Positions 1 to 10,930 of a DNA stretch of 32,000 bases are shown here, in pieces (within the stretch, counting starts at the first letter, position 1; every line of letters starts with the position of its first letter). Origin of the DNA: an uncultured Erysipelotrichaceae bacterium (GTDB lineage Bacteria; Bacillota_I; Bacilli_A; Erysipelotrichales; Erysipelotrichaceae). The notes under the pieces are model-generated. The model worked only from the letters and a program-made list of their open reading frames with translations, was not told where the DNA came from and ran no database searches. Both the position numbers and the translations under genes were made by a program. The stretch is from assembly GCA_964401865.1 (NCBI GenBank), contig CAYNZZ010000001.1, forward strand, positions 120,001 to 152,000, written 5' to 3'.

Positions 1-960
1 TTCATTACAAATATAACATTCATCAAAAACAATCTCGCTAAGTTTTTGACTATTATAATCGATTCCAAATTTCAATATCTCTATTGCTTGATTTTTATAT
101 TTGTCTAAATGATTTAAAGTGTATCTTAAACAATTGTTAATTATAGGGTTGATTAAGTTATATGTAATAGAATCAACCTGACATTTTCTTTTTTCGATAT
201 TTCCAAGTTTATATTCATAAGGTTTTATTTGAAACATTGAATGAAATAAATCATCATTATCTAATATGATTTCTAAAAATTCATCCTGACAAAAAATACA
301 TTCTTCTGATCCATAATGACCATTTGTTAAAAACATATTGTATGAGTCAAAAATATCATAAAATAGTTGAGCATCATTCATACTGGCAACAAGACGAGCG
401 AATTCAATAAGATTTTTAAAATTAATAAATATTAAATCATTAGTTTTTTTGGACTGAAAATGATTGTGATACCATTTTATCTTTATCCCATACTCATCAT
501 GAAGGTACCTAACAGCGTTGATTGAATTATATTCCACTACATAATCAAGAAAGCTATTTTCAAATTCATCGATTCGAGAAATAATAGAATGACCACTCCT
601 TGTAGTCAATAAATCGAGTTCTTTTTTATATAATTTTGGATCATCTAAGTACGCATAATATTCAAATCCTTTACTAAATGGCACATTATCTTTTTCAATA
701 GGTAATTTATATGCATCTTCATCTAGCAATCTAGCTAGTGAAACTCCAAATATTTTTTCTAAAGGAATGATAAATTCATATTTAAGAGGTCTTTCTTCTT
801 TTAACATTTTTGAAAAATTAGATTTTTCTTTATTGGCAAATTCATATGCTTCTTGTCCTTTGATTCCTAATTCATTAGCGATTTTAATGAGTAAATGACT
901 ATACATCTTTATTCCTTTTAGTTTCATGTAATGATCAATATTGTTTTTTAAGCTATTCAT
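1..960 (-). CDS. XRE-type HTH domain protein with uncharacterised C-terminal region (3' end runs off the window)
   Basis: Absent from the supplied ORF track, presumably because the window edge truncates it. My reverse-complement translation from ATG (960-958) stays open for all 320 codons down to position 1: MNSLKNNIDHYMKLKGIKMYSHLLIKIANELGIKGQEAYEFANKEKSNFSKMLKEERPLKYEFIIPLEKIFGVSLARLLDEDAYKLPIEKDN...ECYICNE. The N-terminal ~75 aa look like a Cro/XRE helix-turn-helix. 320 stop-free codons in AT-rich DNA is not chance. Confidence 0.7.
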   Translation of the reverse strand, partial: MNSLKNNIDHYMKLKGIKMYSHLLIKIANELGIKGQEAYEFANKEKSNFSKMLKEERPLKYEFIIPLEKIFGVSLARLLDEDAYKLPIEKDNVPFSKGFEYYAYLDDPKLYKKELDLLTTRSGHSIISRIDEFENSFLDYVVEYNSINAVRYLHDEYGIKIKWYHNHFQSKKTNDLIFINFKNLIEFARLVASMNDAQLFYDIFDSYNMFLTNGHYGSEECIFCQDEFLEIILDNDDLFHSMFQIKPYEYKLGNIEKRKCQVDSITYNLINPIINNCLRYTLNHLDKYKNQAIEILKFGIDYNSQKLSEIVFDECYICNE

Positions 961-1205
961 TTCTTTACTTCCATATCTTATATTATTTATTTTATATATT
1001 TTTGTCTATTTTTGTAGTCATTTACGACAACTTTTGTAGTCTATTTTGACTCTCATAATATTTTGAGTAAAAAACGAATCGTCAAATTTGACAACATATT
1101 TTATTGGACATTGTAGAATATTCACCTTCAAAAATTTACTTATCTAATTGTCAAGTCTTACATTTAAATTTAATATTTTGTATTATTTTTGTTGAGGTAA
1201 ATCGA

Positions 1206-3344
1206 ATGGAAGAAATAATTAAAAAAGTAGCAGATGAATTAAATATTAAACCAATTCAAGTTGAGAATACTTTGAATTTATTAGAAGATGGCAATACTGT
1301 TCCTTTTATTGCGAGATATAGAAAAGAGATGACTTTTAATCTTGATGAAGAAGCCATTGCTTATATTCAAAAGGAATATGCTTATCAGGTTAATTTGAAG
1401 AAGAGAAAAGAGGATGTTTTAAGACTTATTGAGACACAAGGCAAATTGACCGATGAAATAATCAGTGCTGTGAGTAGCGCAACAAAACTAAATGAAGTAG
1501 AAGATATCTATCGCCCATATAAACAAAAAAGAAAGACAAGAGCTACTGAGGCAATAAGAAAAGGACTTAAACCATTAAGTGATTATTTGCTTACTATCAG
1601 TAACAACAAAGACATCGAAAAAGAGGCATCAAAGTATTTAAGTGAAGAAGTTACAAGTATTGAAGAAGCAATTAAAGGAGCGCAGGATATAATTGCTGAA
1701 ATGGTTAGCGATGATACTAATAATCGTAAGAAAATAAAGGCTTCAATTGAAGGCTATTCTTATGTCGTGACCAAAGCTAAAAAGAACCATTCTGATGAAA
1801 AAGGGGTTTATGAATTATATTATGATCATAAAGAGAAGATTAAATATATTGAATCACATCGTGTAATGGCGATTGAAAGAGCAGTAAACGAAAAAGTTAT
1901 AACTTTAAGTTTTGAATATGATAAAGAATATCTTATCAATTTTGCCTATAATGCTTTGAGCAGAAAAAGACATTTTGTGGGTGAAGAATTGGTTTTAGAA
2001 GCATGCAAAGATGGACTTGAAAGATTAGCTTTTCCAAGTGTAGAGAACGAGGTTTGGTCGGAAGTATTAAAAGTGGCTCAAGATAAGTCAATCGAAGTAT
2101 TTGCTACTAATCTAGAGAAATTGCTGCTTCAAGCACCAGTAAAAAAACAGTCGATTATGGGTTTTGATCCGGCGTTTAGAACTGGATGTAAACTTGCGAT
2201 ATTGGATGGTACCGGCAAGATGATACATATTGATAAAATCTTTCCACACGCTCCGATTAATAAGACAAGTGAAGCTGAAAAGATATTTGTTGATTTATGC
2301 AAGAGATATAATGTGGAAATAGTAGCTATCGGAAATGGTACAGCTTCAAGAGAATCAGAGCGTTTTGTTGCTGAAACGATAAGAAAATATAATCTTGATG
2401 TTCAATATACCATTGTTTCAGAGGCTGGAGCTTCTGTTTATAGTGCTAGTGAAATAGCTAGAAAAGAATTTCCTGATTTGCATGTTGAAGAAAGAAGCGC
2501 CGTATCTATTGGCAGAAGATTATTAGATCCACTTTCTGAATTAATCAAGATTGATCCAAAAAGTATTGGTGTTGGGCAATATCAACATGATTTGCCAAAA
2601 AAAGAATTAGAAGAAAGTTTAGACTTTGCAATATTAAAAAGTGTTAATCGTGTAGGTGTCGATGTCAATACTGCTTCGATAGAGCTTTTAACTCATGTAT
2701 CTGGTATGAATAAAAGCATTGCTGAAAACTTAGTTAATTATCGTAATGAAAATGGTAATTTCACTAATCGAAATGAGCTTAAAAAAGTTAATAAGTTGGG
2801 AGCTAAAGCCTTTGAACAGGCTTCAGGTTTCTTGAGAATAAAAGATGGCAAAGAAGCTCTAGATATGACTTCTATTCACCCTGAATCTTATGATTTAGCT
2901 AAAGCAATACTTAATAAATGTGGGGAAAAGATAGGTAGTGAAGCGTTAAAAACCAAACTTGATAGTATCAATATCAAAGAACTTCAAAATGAGCTTAATA
3001 CTGATGAGTATACTTTAAAAGATATAATTGATTCTTTAAAAGAACCATTAAGAGATTATCGTGATAAATATGATGGTCCACTTTTAAGAAGTGATATTTT
3101 AGAGATAGAAGATTTAAAAGTTAATGATAAGCTGCAAGGAGTAGTTAGAAATGTCGTTGATTTTGGAGCATTTGTCGATATTGGATTACATGATGATGGA
3201 TTGATTCATAAATCTAAATTTATTAAAGGACAAAGTGTTTCGCCTTATGAACAAGTACAAGTTGGTGATATCATCGATGTTTTTGTATATGATGTTGATA
3301 CAAAAAAAGGTAAAGTCGCTTTAAGTATGTTTGAAAAAGAGTAA
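1206..3344 (+). CDS. tex: Tex-like transcription accessory protein (C-terminal S1 RNA-binding domain)
   Basis: ORF 1104..3344. The TTG at 1104 is an upstream extension. ATG 1206 follows GAGG (1194-1197) and gives the canonical Tex N-terminus MEEIIKKVADELNIKPIQVENTLNLLEDGNTVPFIARYRKE. S1-type C-terminus GVVRNVVDFGAFVDIGLHDDGLIH. Confidence 0.95.
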   Translation: MEEIIKKVADELNIKPIQVENTLNLLEDGNTVPFIARYRKEMTFNLDEEAIAYIQKEYAYQVNLKKRKEDVLRLIETQGKLTDEIISAVSSATKLNEVEDIYRPYKQKRKTRATEAIRKGLKPLSDYLLTISNNKDIEKEASKYLSEEVTSIEEAIKGAQDIIAEMVSDDTNNRKKIKASIEGYSYVVTKAKKNHSDEKGVYELYYDHKEKIKYIESHRVMAIERAVNEKVITLSFEYDKEYLINFAYNALSRKRHFVGEELVLEACKDGLERLAFPSVENEVWSEVLKVAQDKSIEVFATNLEKLLLQAPVKKQSIMGFDPAFRTGCKLAILDGTGKMIHIDKIFPHAPINKTSEAEKIFVDLCKRYNVEIVAIGNGTASRESERFVAETIRKYNLDVQYTIVSEAGASVYSASEIARKEFPDLHVEERSAVSIGRRLLDPLSELIKIDPKSIGVGQYQHDLPKKELEESLDFAILKSVNRVGVDVNTASIELLTHVSGMNKSIAENLVNYRNENGNFTNRNELKKVNKLGAKAFEQASGFLRIKDGKEALDMTSIHPESYDLAKAILNKCGEKIGSEALKTKLDSINIKELQNELNTDEYTLKDIIDSLKEPLRDYRDKYDGPLLRSDILEIEDLKVNDKLQGVVRNVVDFGAFVDIGLHDDGLIHKSKFIKGQSVSPYEQVQVGDIIDVFVYDVDTKKGKVALSMFEKE

Positions 3345-3444
3345 TGCGTAAGCACTACTTTTATGATGGGTTGATAATAATTTAACAAATTGTAATAGCT
3401 TATATGATATAATTATGTAGGCAAAAATAGGAGGATTTATAATT

Positions 3445-4644
3445 ATGACAAAGAAAAGCGTAACAGATTTAAATGTTGCAGGCAAAAAAGTCATCGTTCG
3501 TGTTGATTTTAATGTTCCACACAAAGGTGATGTAGTTACTGATGATAATCGCATTGTAGCCGCTTTACCAACTATCAATTATTTAACTGAACATGGAGCA
3601 AAGGTGATTTTATTATCACACTTGGGCAAGATTAAACACAAAGATCCAGAAGAAACCAAACAAATGATGGCAAAGAATGATATGTCTATCGTTGCTAAGG
3701 CATTACAGGGATTAGTTCCTAATACTAAGGTTACTTTTGTATCTGCTACTCGTGGTGAACAACTTGAACAGGCTATTAATGAAATGAATGATGGCGATAT
3801 TGTGCTTATGCAAAATACTCGTTATGAAAAAGGTGAATCTAAGAATGATCCAGAATTAGGTGCATATTGGGCATCACTTGGTGATTTGTATGTATCTGAT
3901 GCTTTTGGTTCTGTTCATAGAGCTCACGCATCAACTGTAGGTATCGCTGAACACTTACCTAGTGCTGTCGGCTTCTTAATTGAAAAAGAACTTAAATATT
4001 TAGGACATGCTTTAGATAATCCTACTCGTCCTTTCGTAGCTGTTCTTGGTGGCGCTAAAGTATCTGATAAGATTGCAGTTATTGATAATTTATTAAAGAT
4101 TGCCGATAAAGTAATTGTTGGTGGTGGAATGGCTTATACATTCTATAAAGCAATGGGTTATGAAGTAGGCACATCTCTGCTTGAGGAAGATAAAGTTGAA
4201 ATCGCTAAGGAATTCTTGGAAAAAGGAAAAGGCAAACTTATTTTGCCGGTTGATAATGTAGTCGCTAATGATTTTGATAATCCAACAGAAATTAAAGTCG
4301 TTCCATTTAATGAAATACCTAATGATTTCATGGGTCTAGATATTGGTCCTAAGACTATTGAATTGTTTGCGAAAGAACTAGAAGGTGCTAAGACAGTATT
4401 CTGGAATGGACCGATGGGTGTATTTGAAAAACCAGATTTTGCAAATGGTACTATTGGTGTATGTAAAGCTATCGCCGGACTTGAAGATTGCATGTCAGTT
4501 ATTGGCGGTGGTGATAGTGCTAGTGCTGCTAAAAATTTAGGTTACGCAGCTAACTTTACCCACATCTCAACCGGAGGTGGCGCAAGCTTAGAATATATGG
4601 AGGGTAAAGAACTTCCTGGTATTGCAGTTATCGAGGAGAAATAA
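3445..4644 (+). CDS. pgk: phosphoglycerate kinase
   Basis: 399 aa. N-terminal [12 protein letters not shown] and C-terminal [19 protein letters not shown] are PGK signatures. RBS AGGAGGA at 3429-3435. Confidence 0.97.
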   Translation: MTKKSVTDLNVAGKKVIVRVDFNVPHKGDVVTDDNRIVAALPTINYLTEHGAKVILLSHLGKIKHKDPEETKQMMAKNDMSIVAKALQGLVPNTKVTFVSATRGEQLEQAINEMNDGDIVLMQNTRYEKGESKNDPELGAYWASLGDLYVSDAFGSVHRAHASTVGIAEHLPSAVGFLIEKELKYLGHALDNPTRPFVAVLGGAKVSDKIAVIDNLLKIADKVIVGGGMAYTFYKAMGYEVGTSLLEEDKVEIAKEFLEKGKGKLILPVDNVVANDFDNPTEIKVVPFNEIPNDFMGLDIGPKTIELFAKELEGAKTVFWNGPMGVFEKPDFANGTIGVCKAIAGLEDCMSVIGGGDSASAAKNLGYAANFTHISTGGGASLEYMEGKELPGIAVIEEK

Positions 4645-4649
4645 TAAAC

Positions 4650-5390
4650 ATGAGAAAAGCTATTATCGTTGGAAATTGGAAGATGAATAAGACTTGCAAA
4701 GAAACAATCGAATTCATCGAAGCTGTTGATCCATATGTAAATGACACTTGTACATATGGCATTGCAGCTCCATTTACTAGCTTGAAAGACGCTACAAGCA
4801 TTGCTAAAAACTTAATTGTCGCAGCTGAAAACTGCCACTATGAAGAAAGTGGTGCTTATACTGGTGAAGTATCAATTCCAATGTTGAAGGAATTAAATGT
4901 TACTCACTGTATCATCGGACATTCTGAGCGAAGACAGATGTTCAATGAAACAGATGAAGCTGTAAATAAGAAGGCTAAGAAATTAATCGAAGCCGGTATA
5001 ACGCCAATCGTTTGCATCGGCGAAACGGAAAAAGAATTTGATGAAGGTAAAACCGAAGAAGTTATCCGTCGTCAATTGGAAAAAGGTTTAGCCGATATGT
5101 GTCCAAAATGTGTAAGCAGTATCGTTATTGCCTATGAACCTATTTGGGCAATTGGCACTGGTAAATCAGCAACTAAAGAAATAGCTCAAAACTGTTGTGC
5201 AATTGTGCGCGACCAAGTGCGCAAGATGTATGGCGAAGCGGCTGATAGTGTGCGCATTCAATATGGCGGCTCAGTAAAACCTAGCAATATTAAAGAATAT
5301 ATGGCTATGGAAGATATTGATGGTGCTTTAATTGGTGGTGCTTCTTTGAAGATTGATTCATTCAAAGAAATAATTGATGCAACTAAATAA
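4650..5390 (+). CDS. tpiA: triose-phosphate isomerase
   Basis: 246 aa. GNWKMN, IIGHSERR and AYEPIWAIGTG motifs. Starts 6 nt after the pgk stop. Confidence 0.97.
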   Translation: MRKAIIVGNWKMNKTCKETIEFIEAVDPYVNDTCTYGIAAPFTSLKDATSIAKNLIVAAENCHYEESGAYTGEVSIPMLKELNVTHCIIGHSERRQMFNETDEAVNKKAKKLIEAGITPIVCIGETEKEFDEGKTEEVIRRQLEKGLADMCPKCVSSIVIAYEPIWAIGTGKSATKEIAQNCCAIVRDQVRKMYGEAADSVRIQYGGSVKPSNIKEYMAMEDIDGALIGGASLKIDSFKEIIDATK

Positions 5391-6713
<1,323 letters not shown>

Positions 6714-6738
6714 CGATTGATTTATTATACATCTGAAG

Positions 6739-6760
6739 AAAGGTCCACATTGGACCTTTT
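6739..6760 (+). terminator. rho-independent terminator after eno
   Basis: Perfect 9-bp stem aaaggtcca (6739-6747) / tggaccttt (6751-6759), 3-nt loop, followed by a short T run. Confidence 0.75.
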
Positions 6761-6849
6761 GCAGTTTATTGAAGAGTATTGGAATGCGCTCATCTTTATA
6801 ATTGCATAAATAAAAGATATAATATATTTGTAGTGATGGAGGTATTATC

Positions 6850-7419
6850 ATGGACAAATTTATAGTTGAAGTTTCAGCGAGACATGTTCATCTTACTAAG
6901 GAGCATGTAGAAACATTGTTTGGCGAAGGACATGAACTTACAGTAAAAAAAGAATTATCTCAACCCGGACAATATGCGTGCGAAGAAAAAGTAACACTTT
7001 TTGGTCCTAAAGGGGAGTTAAAAGCAACTATTTTAGGTCCGGTTAGAAAGGCTAGTCAAGTAGAATTGTCATTGACCGATGCTCGTAGTTTGGGTGTTGA
7101 AGCTACTATTCGTGAGTCAGGAGATATCAAAGGAACAAAAGGTATCAAGATTGTCGGTCCTTGTGGTGAAGTCGAACTTGAAGAGGGGGTTATTGCCGCA
7201 AAAAGACATGTCCATATGACCAGTGAAGACGCCAAGAATTATGGTGTAAGCAACGGCGAGATTGTAAGCGTTAGCGTCAATACTGATGCTCGTTCGCTAG
7301 TATTTGGGGATACTGTAATTAGAGTATCTGATTCATTTGCCCTGGCGATGCATATTGATACTGATGAAGCAAATGCTGCCGGTGTCAAGGGAAGCGCATT
7401 AGGAGAAATCATTAAATAA
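6850..7419 (+). CDS. pduL: PduL-type phosphate acyltransferase (phosphate propanoyl/acetyltransferase)
   Basis: 189 aa with two PduL half-domains. SARHVHL (N-terminal half) and AAKRHVHM (second half), plus GPxRxxSQVELSLTDA and MHIDTDEANAAG, match my recollection of the PduL (PF06130) signature. RBS GATGGAGG precedes the ATG. Confidence 0.85.
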   Translation: MDKFIVEVSARHVHLTKEHVETLFGEGHELTVKKELSQPGQYACEEKVTLFGPKGELKATILGPVRKASQVELSLTDARSLGVEATIRESGDIKGTKGIKIVGPCGEVELEEGVIAAKRHVHMTSEDAKNYGVSNGEIVSVSVNTDARSLVFGDTVIRVSDSFALAMHIDTDEANAAGVKGSALGEIIK

Positions 7420-7430
7420 GGAGATAAATT

Positions 7431-8084
7431 ATGTTTGGTTCTCATGGATATGGTTATTATAACTCGTATTATAATATGTATAATTCATTTTTATTGTTGC
7501 TGATAATTGCGGTAATTCTAGTGATTATTTTAATGCTTACCTTTTTATCAAAACGCAATGAAAATAAATATACAGGTTTTTTAAAGACATTATATGATTT
7601 TCTAAACTTCAAAAAATTAACAATTAGCGTTATTTTAAAATTCATTTATCTATTCTTGGCTATATTCTTAGCTTTTGTCTCTATTATGATGTTATTTAAT
7701 GGCGGACTAAGTGGTGTGCTTACAGCTGTTGTTTATTTTGTGGTTAGTGAAGTTGTGCTTAGAATCGGATTTGAGTTTTCGATGTTACTAATAGTCGGCG
7801 TTACTAACTTAATCGAGATTAATGAAAAAATCAACAATAAAAGGGAGCACGAAATCAGTTTCATTGAACCTGATACCGATAAATATGCTTCTATTATTTC
7901 TGAACAGGCTAATAAGGTAAAAGATAAATTTAAAGAACAGAGCGAAAAGAAAGAAGAAACAAAGGAAAATGTATCGCTTGAAGAAGTAGAAGAAGAATCT
8001 GAATCAGAAGAAAAAACTGAGAAAGTTAAAAAGCCAAGAGCTAGAAAAAAAGCCATTGAAAAGGAAGAAAACGAAAATATATAG
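7431..8084 (+). CDS. small multi-pass membrane protein with long acidic/lysine-rich C-terminal tail (DUF4282-like by recollection)
   Basis: 217 aa with three hydrophobic helices (LLLLIIAVILVIILMLTFL, ILKFIYLFLAIFLAFVSIMMLF, VLTAVVYFVVSEVVL), then a low-complexity E/K tail. RBS AAGGAG overlaps the pduL stop, suggesting co-transcription. Confidence 0.7.
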   Translation: MFGSHGYGYYNSYYNMYNSFLLLLIIAVILVIILMLTFLSKRNENKYTGFLKTLYDFLNFKKLTISVILKFIYLFLAIFLAFVSIMMLFNGGLSGVLTAVVYFVVSEVVLRIGFEFSMLLIVGVTNLIEINEKINNKREHEISFIEPDTDKYASIISEQANKVKDKFKEQSEKKEETKENVSLEEVEEESESEEKTEKVKKPRARKKAIEKEENENI

Positions 8085-8120
8085 TTTTGTATTATTTTCA
8101 AGTGTTCAAAGTTAAGTGCA

Positions 8121-8157
8121 AAAGAGTGTAGTCATTGGAAAACTGCACTCTTTTTGT
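8121..8157 (+). terminator. rho-independent terminator
   Basis: Stem aaagagtgtag (8121-8131) / ctgcactcttt (8143-8153) with one G-U pair, followed by tttt. Confidence 0.7.
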
Positions 8158-8288
8158 AATTTAATTGATTAATTAGTCTATAAAATTACTATGGGCTTAA
8201 TTAATAAGGATAAAGACTCTTTTAAAATGCAGTGATTAACATTGTTTTTATTGCTTTTGTGTAATGAGTTAGCTATATCAATTAAATA

Positions 8289-8317
8289 TTGACAAGATAA
8301 AAATATAGCCATAAAAT
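8289..8317 (+). promoter_or_regulatory. sigma-A type promoter for the T-box/trpBA transcript
   Basis: TTGACA (8289-8294), a 17-nt spacer, then TAAAAT (8312-8317), directly upstream of the T-box leader. Confidence 0.65.
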
Positions 8318-8323
8318 CAAAGC

Positions 8324-8597
8324 ATAAAACCGTTGATGCGGAGATAACGGCAATGATGCCTCTACAGAGAACCTGTGATGCTGAGAATCGGGTGAGAAAC
8401 AAGTTGTCAAATGGACCGTTGAGGGCGCAGTGAAATGTTTATCAGAGTATTATGCGACGTGTGGACATACGTAAGTTGTCAGGGATATGTTGGTATCCTG
8501 TAAGTGCATGGTAATTGCCATGAATTCGAGGTGGCACCGCGGATAGTAAGTTCTGTTCGTCCTTGATAGATTTAGTTCTGTCAAGGATTTTTTATTT
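8324..8597 (+). promoter_or_regulatory. T-box leader (tRNA-sensing riboswitch), Trp specifier UGG
   Basis: Stem I elements AGAGA (8365-8369) and GGTGAGAA (8391-8398). Candidate specifier aaaTGGAcc, with TGG at 8412-8414 followed by the usual purine. Conserved T-box core GGTGGCACCGCG at 8530-8541. Terminator hairpin ccttgatag (8561-8569) / ctgtcaagg (8579-8587), followed by atttttta. It sits directly upstream of trpB. Confidence 0.85.
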
Positions 8598-8639
8598 GAC
8601 AGAGATAAAAATGACTTTTGTTAGAAGGGAAATGTGAAT

Positions 8640-9830
8640 ATGATAAATTCAAAAGGTCGTTTTGGTATTCATGGTGGACAGTATATACCAGAAACATTGA
8701 TGACAGCAGTTAGTGAATTAGAAAAAGCTTACGATTTCTATAAGAACGATCCAAAATTCAATGAAGAACTTAATGAGCTATTAAATGAGTATGCAGGTAG
8801 ACCGTCAAGACTCTATTATGCCAAAAAAATGAGTAAAGACTTAGATGGTGCAAAGATTTATTTAAAGCGAGAAGATCTTAATCATACTGGCGCTCATAAA
8901 ATAAATAATGTTTTAGGTCAAGCCCTTCTTGCCAAAAAAATGGGTAAGAAAAGATTAATTGCAGAGACTGGGGCAGGGCAACATGGAGTTGCAACAGCGA
9001 CGGCAGCGGCACTTATGGGAATGGAATGCGTAATTTATATGGGCGAAGAAGACACTAAACGCCAAGCCTTAAACGTATATCGGATGCGTTTATTAGGGGC
9101 GGAAGTTATACCGGTTAAGACAGGTACAGCTACTCTTAAAGATGCAGTTTCAGAAGCGATGCGAGAATGGGCGTCAAGAATAGATGACACACATTATTGC
9201 TTGGGTTCAGTGATGGGCCCTCATCCCTTTCCGACAATAGTTCGTGATTTTCAAGCTGTTATCTCTAAAGAAATAAAAGAACAAATATTGATAAAAGAAG
9301 GGCGATTACCGGATGCAGTTATCGCTTGCGTTGGTGGTGGTTCAAATGCGATTGGTACTTTTTATAATTTCATAAATGATAAAGAAGTTAGATTGATTGG
9401 ATGTGAAGCAGCAGGCAGAGGAGTCAACACCAGAGAAACAGCTGCAACGATATCTACTGGCAGGTTAGGAATTTTTCATGGAATGAAGTCCTATTTTTGC
9501 CAGAATAAAGATGGTCAAATTGCTCCAGTATATTCTATTTCAGCCGGTCTTGATTATCCTGGTGTTGGCCCGGAGCACGCCCACTTATTTGATATCGGCA
9601 GAGCAGAATATGTAGCAATTACTGATGAAGAAGCAGTTGATGCTTTTGAATATCTTTCAAGAACTGAGGGAATTATTCCGGCTATTGAATCATCACACGC
9701 ACTTGCATACGCCATGAAAATTGCACCATCTATGAGCAAGGATAAAATAATTGTGGTAACTTTATCTGGAAGAGGCGATAAAGATTGTGCAGCCATTGCT
9801 CGTTATAGAGGAGAGAAAATTGATGAGTAG
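8640..9830 (+). CDS. trpB: tryptophan synthase beta subunit
   Basis: ORF 8634..9830. I prefer ATG 8640, which has 9-nt spacing from GAAGGGA (8624-8630), over GTG 8634. PLP-lysine motif HTGAHKINN, plus AETGAGQHG and GGGSNAIG, are all intact. Confidence 0.96.
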   Translation: MINSKGRFGIHGGQYIPETLMTAVSELEKAYDFYKNDPKFNEELNELLNEYAGRPSRLYYAKKMSKDLDGAKIYLKREDLNHTGAHKINNVLGQALLAKKMGKKRLIAETGAGQHGVATATAAALMGMECVIYMGEEDTKRQALNVYRMRLLGAEVIPVKTGTATLKDAVSEAMREWASRIDDTHYCLGSVMGPHPFPTIVRDFQAVISKEIKEQILIKEGRLPDAVIACVGGGSNAIGTFYNFINDKEVRLIGCEAAGRGVNTRETAATISTGRLGIFHGMKSYFCQNKDGQIAPVYSISAGLDYPGVGPEHAHLFDIGRAEYVAITDEEAVDAFEYLSRTEGIIPAIESSHALAYAMKIAPSMSKDKIIVVTLSGRGDKDCAAIARYRGEKIDE

Positions 9831-10545
9831 GATTGAAAAAGCATTTATTAAGAAAAAACTCTTGATTCCATTTTTTGTTTGTGGATATCCAAATCTTGAA
9901 ATAAGTGGAAACGCTATTAAAGAAGCAGTTAAAAATGGCGCTGATATAATAGAACTAGGTATCCCCTTTTCAGATCCTGTCAGCGAATGTCCTGCAGTTC
10001 AAAAAGCTAATATCATAGCCTTAAACAATCAGATTACAACAGATAAGGTTTTTCTGTTTGTCCAAGAGTTACGCAAAAATATTGATATTCCAATAGTATT
10101 TAGGACATATGCCAATGTAATATTTTCTTATGGAACGGAAAAATTTATTGCAACTTGTAAAATAATAGACATTGATGGAATTATTGTTCCTGATCTTCCA
10201 TATGAAGAAAAAGATGAGTTTTTGCCATTTTGTCAAAGATATGGAGTGCATCTTATTTCTGCGGTTGCTGAAGCATCAAAAGAACGCATTGCAATGATAG
10301 TCAAAGAAGCCGATAGCTTTGTTTATGTATTTTTAGATAATAGAGATAAATATTCATCTTTGATTCAAACGATTAAAGAAAGCACTTCTATTCCTTGCGT
10401 TGTGGAGTGTGATGATTTGCCTTTAGATCAAAAAATAGAAGCTGATGGTGTAGTTATATTGTCAAGTTTAATCGAATTGTTTGAAAAATATGGAATTGAT
10501 GCACCAAAATATATTGGTAAGTATATTCATGAAATCAATTCATAG
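9823..10545 (+). CDS. trpA: tryptophan synthase alpha subunit homolog, active-site degenerate
   Basis: ORF 9787..10545. ATG 9823 (MSRIEKAF) follows AGAGGAGAG and overlaps the trpB stop by 8 nt. It has [14 protein letters not shown] and YANVIF like TrpA. However, DPLADGP is replaced by DPVSECP, the loop-6 segment is shortened, GFGI is VECD and GSA is LSS (see finding). Confidence 0.85.
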   Translation: MSRIEKAFIKKKLLIPFFVCGYPNLEISGNAIKEAVKNGADIIELGIPFSDPVSECPAVQKANIIALNNQITTDKVFLFVQELRKNIDIPIVFRTYANVIFSYGTEKFIATCKIIDIDGIIVPDLPYEEKDEFLPFCQRYGVHLISAVAEASKERIAMIVKEADSFVYVFLDNRDKYSSLIQTIKESTSIPCVVECDDLPLDQKIEADGVVILSSLIELFEKYGIDAPKYIGKYIHEINS

Positions 10546-10591
10546 TTTTAAAGAAAAATGAATGTATTAAGGTTACGATTGATAATTGTGA

Positions 10592-10810
10592 TGTTTAAGC
10601 AAGGGAAGAGAAATAAAGATCGAAAGCTTAGATGGTTATGGAATAGCTGATACCAGTGCTAGTTCATACGGTAATTTACAAACCACACCAAAAAATAACA
10701 TTTCCTATAAGGCTGAATGGATAATTAAAACATCTGATGAGCAAGTGGAAGTAGTTGCTTCCAATAATAAGAGTGGTAAAGCCAGCAAAATCATTTCCAT
10801 TGATAAGTAG
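10592..10810 (+). pseudogene. 3' remnant of an unidentified gene (no start codon)
   Basis: 72 stop-free codons in an AT-rich region ending at TAG 10808-10810: ...SKGREIKIESLDGYGIADTSASSYGNLQTTPKNNISYKAEWIIKTSDEQVEVVASNNKSGKASKIISIDK. There is no ATG/GTG/TTG until 20 codons from the end. Four stop codons lie immediately upstream in the same frame. It is followed by a good terminator. Confidence 0.35.
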
Positions 10811-10815
10811 TTTAA

Positions 10816-10847
10816 AAATGTACGGAATATTAAAACCGTGCATTTTT
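10816..10847 (+). terminator. rho-independent terminator (probable end of the trpBA transcript)
   Basis: Stem aaatgtacgg (10816-10825) / ccgtgcattt (10836-10845) with one G-U pair, running into a T run (5 consecutive T at 10843-10847). Confidence 0.65.
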
Positions 10848-10930
10848 ATATAATTAATCATTGGAAAAATACATTTGAATAATTAAAGAAACATATTAAA
10901 AATAATAAATGATAAGTATAATTAAAAATA

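Noticed and set aside
1016-1024. The shared 9-mer GTCATTTAC between the 1011-1041 repeat region and the 28297 repeat
   Set aside because: A single 9-nt match within 64 kb of two-strand sequence is within chance expectation, and the flanking sequence shows no further similarity.
8178-8402. 74-aa minus-strand ORF in the trpB upstream region
   Set aside because: It lies exactly over the sigma-A promoter and stem I of the T-box leader. It has no RBS and an odd composition, and the RNA element explains the region better.
10676-10861. 61-aa minus-strand ORF upstream of the split-kinase genes, considered as a possible signalling-peptide precursor
   Set aside because: It runs antisense through a good plus-strand terminator and through a more protein-like plus-strand remnant frame. 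It has no RBS and no leader or double-glycine or AgrD-like features.
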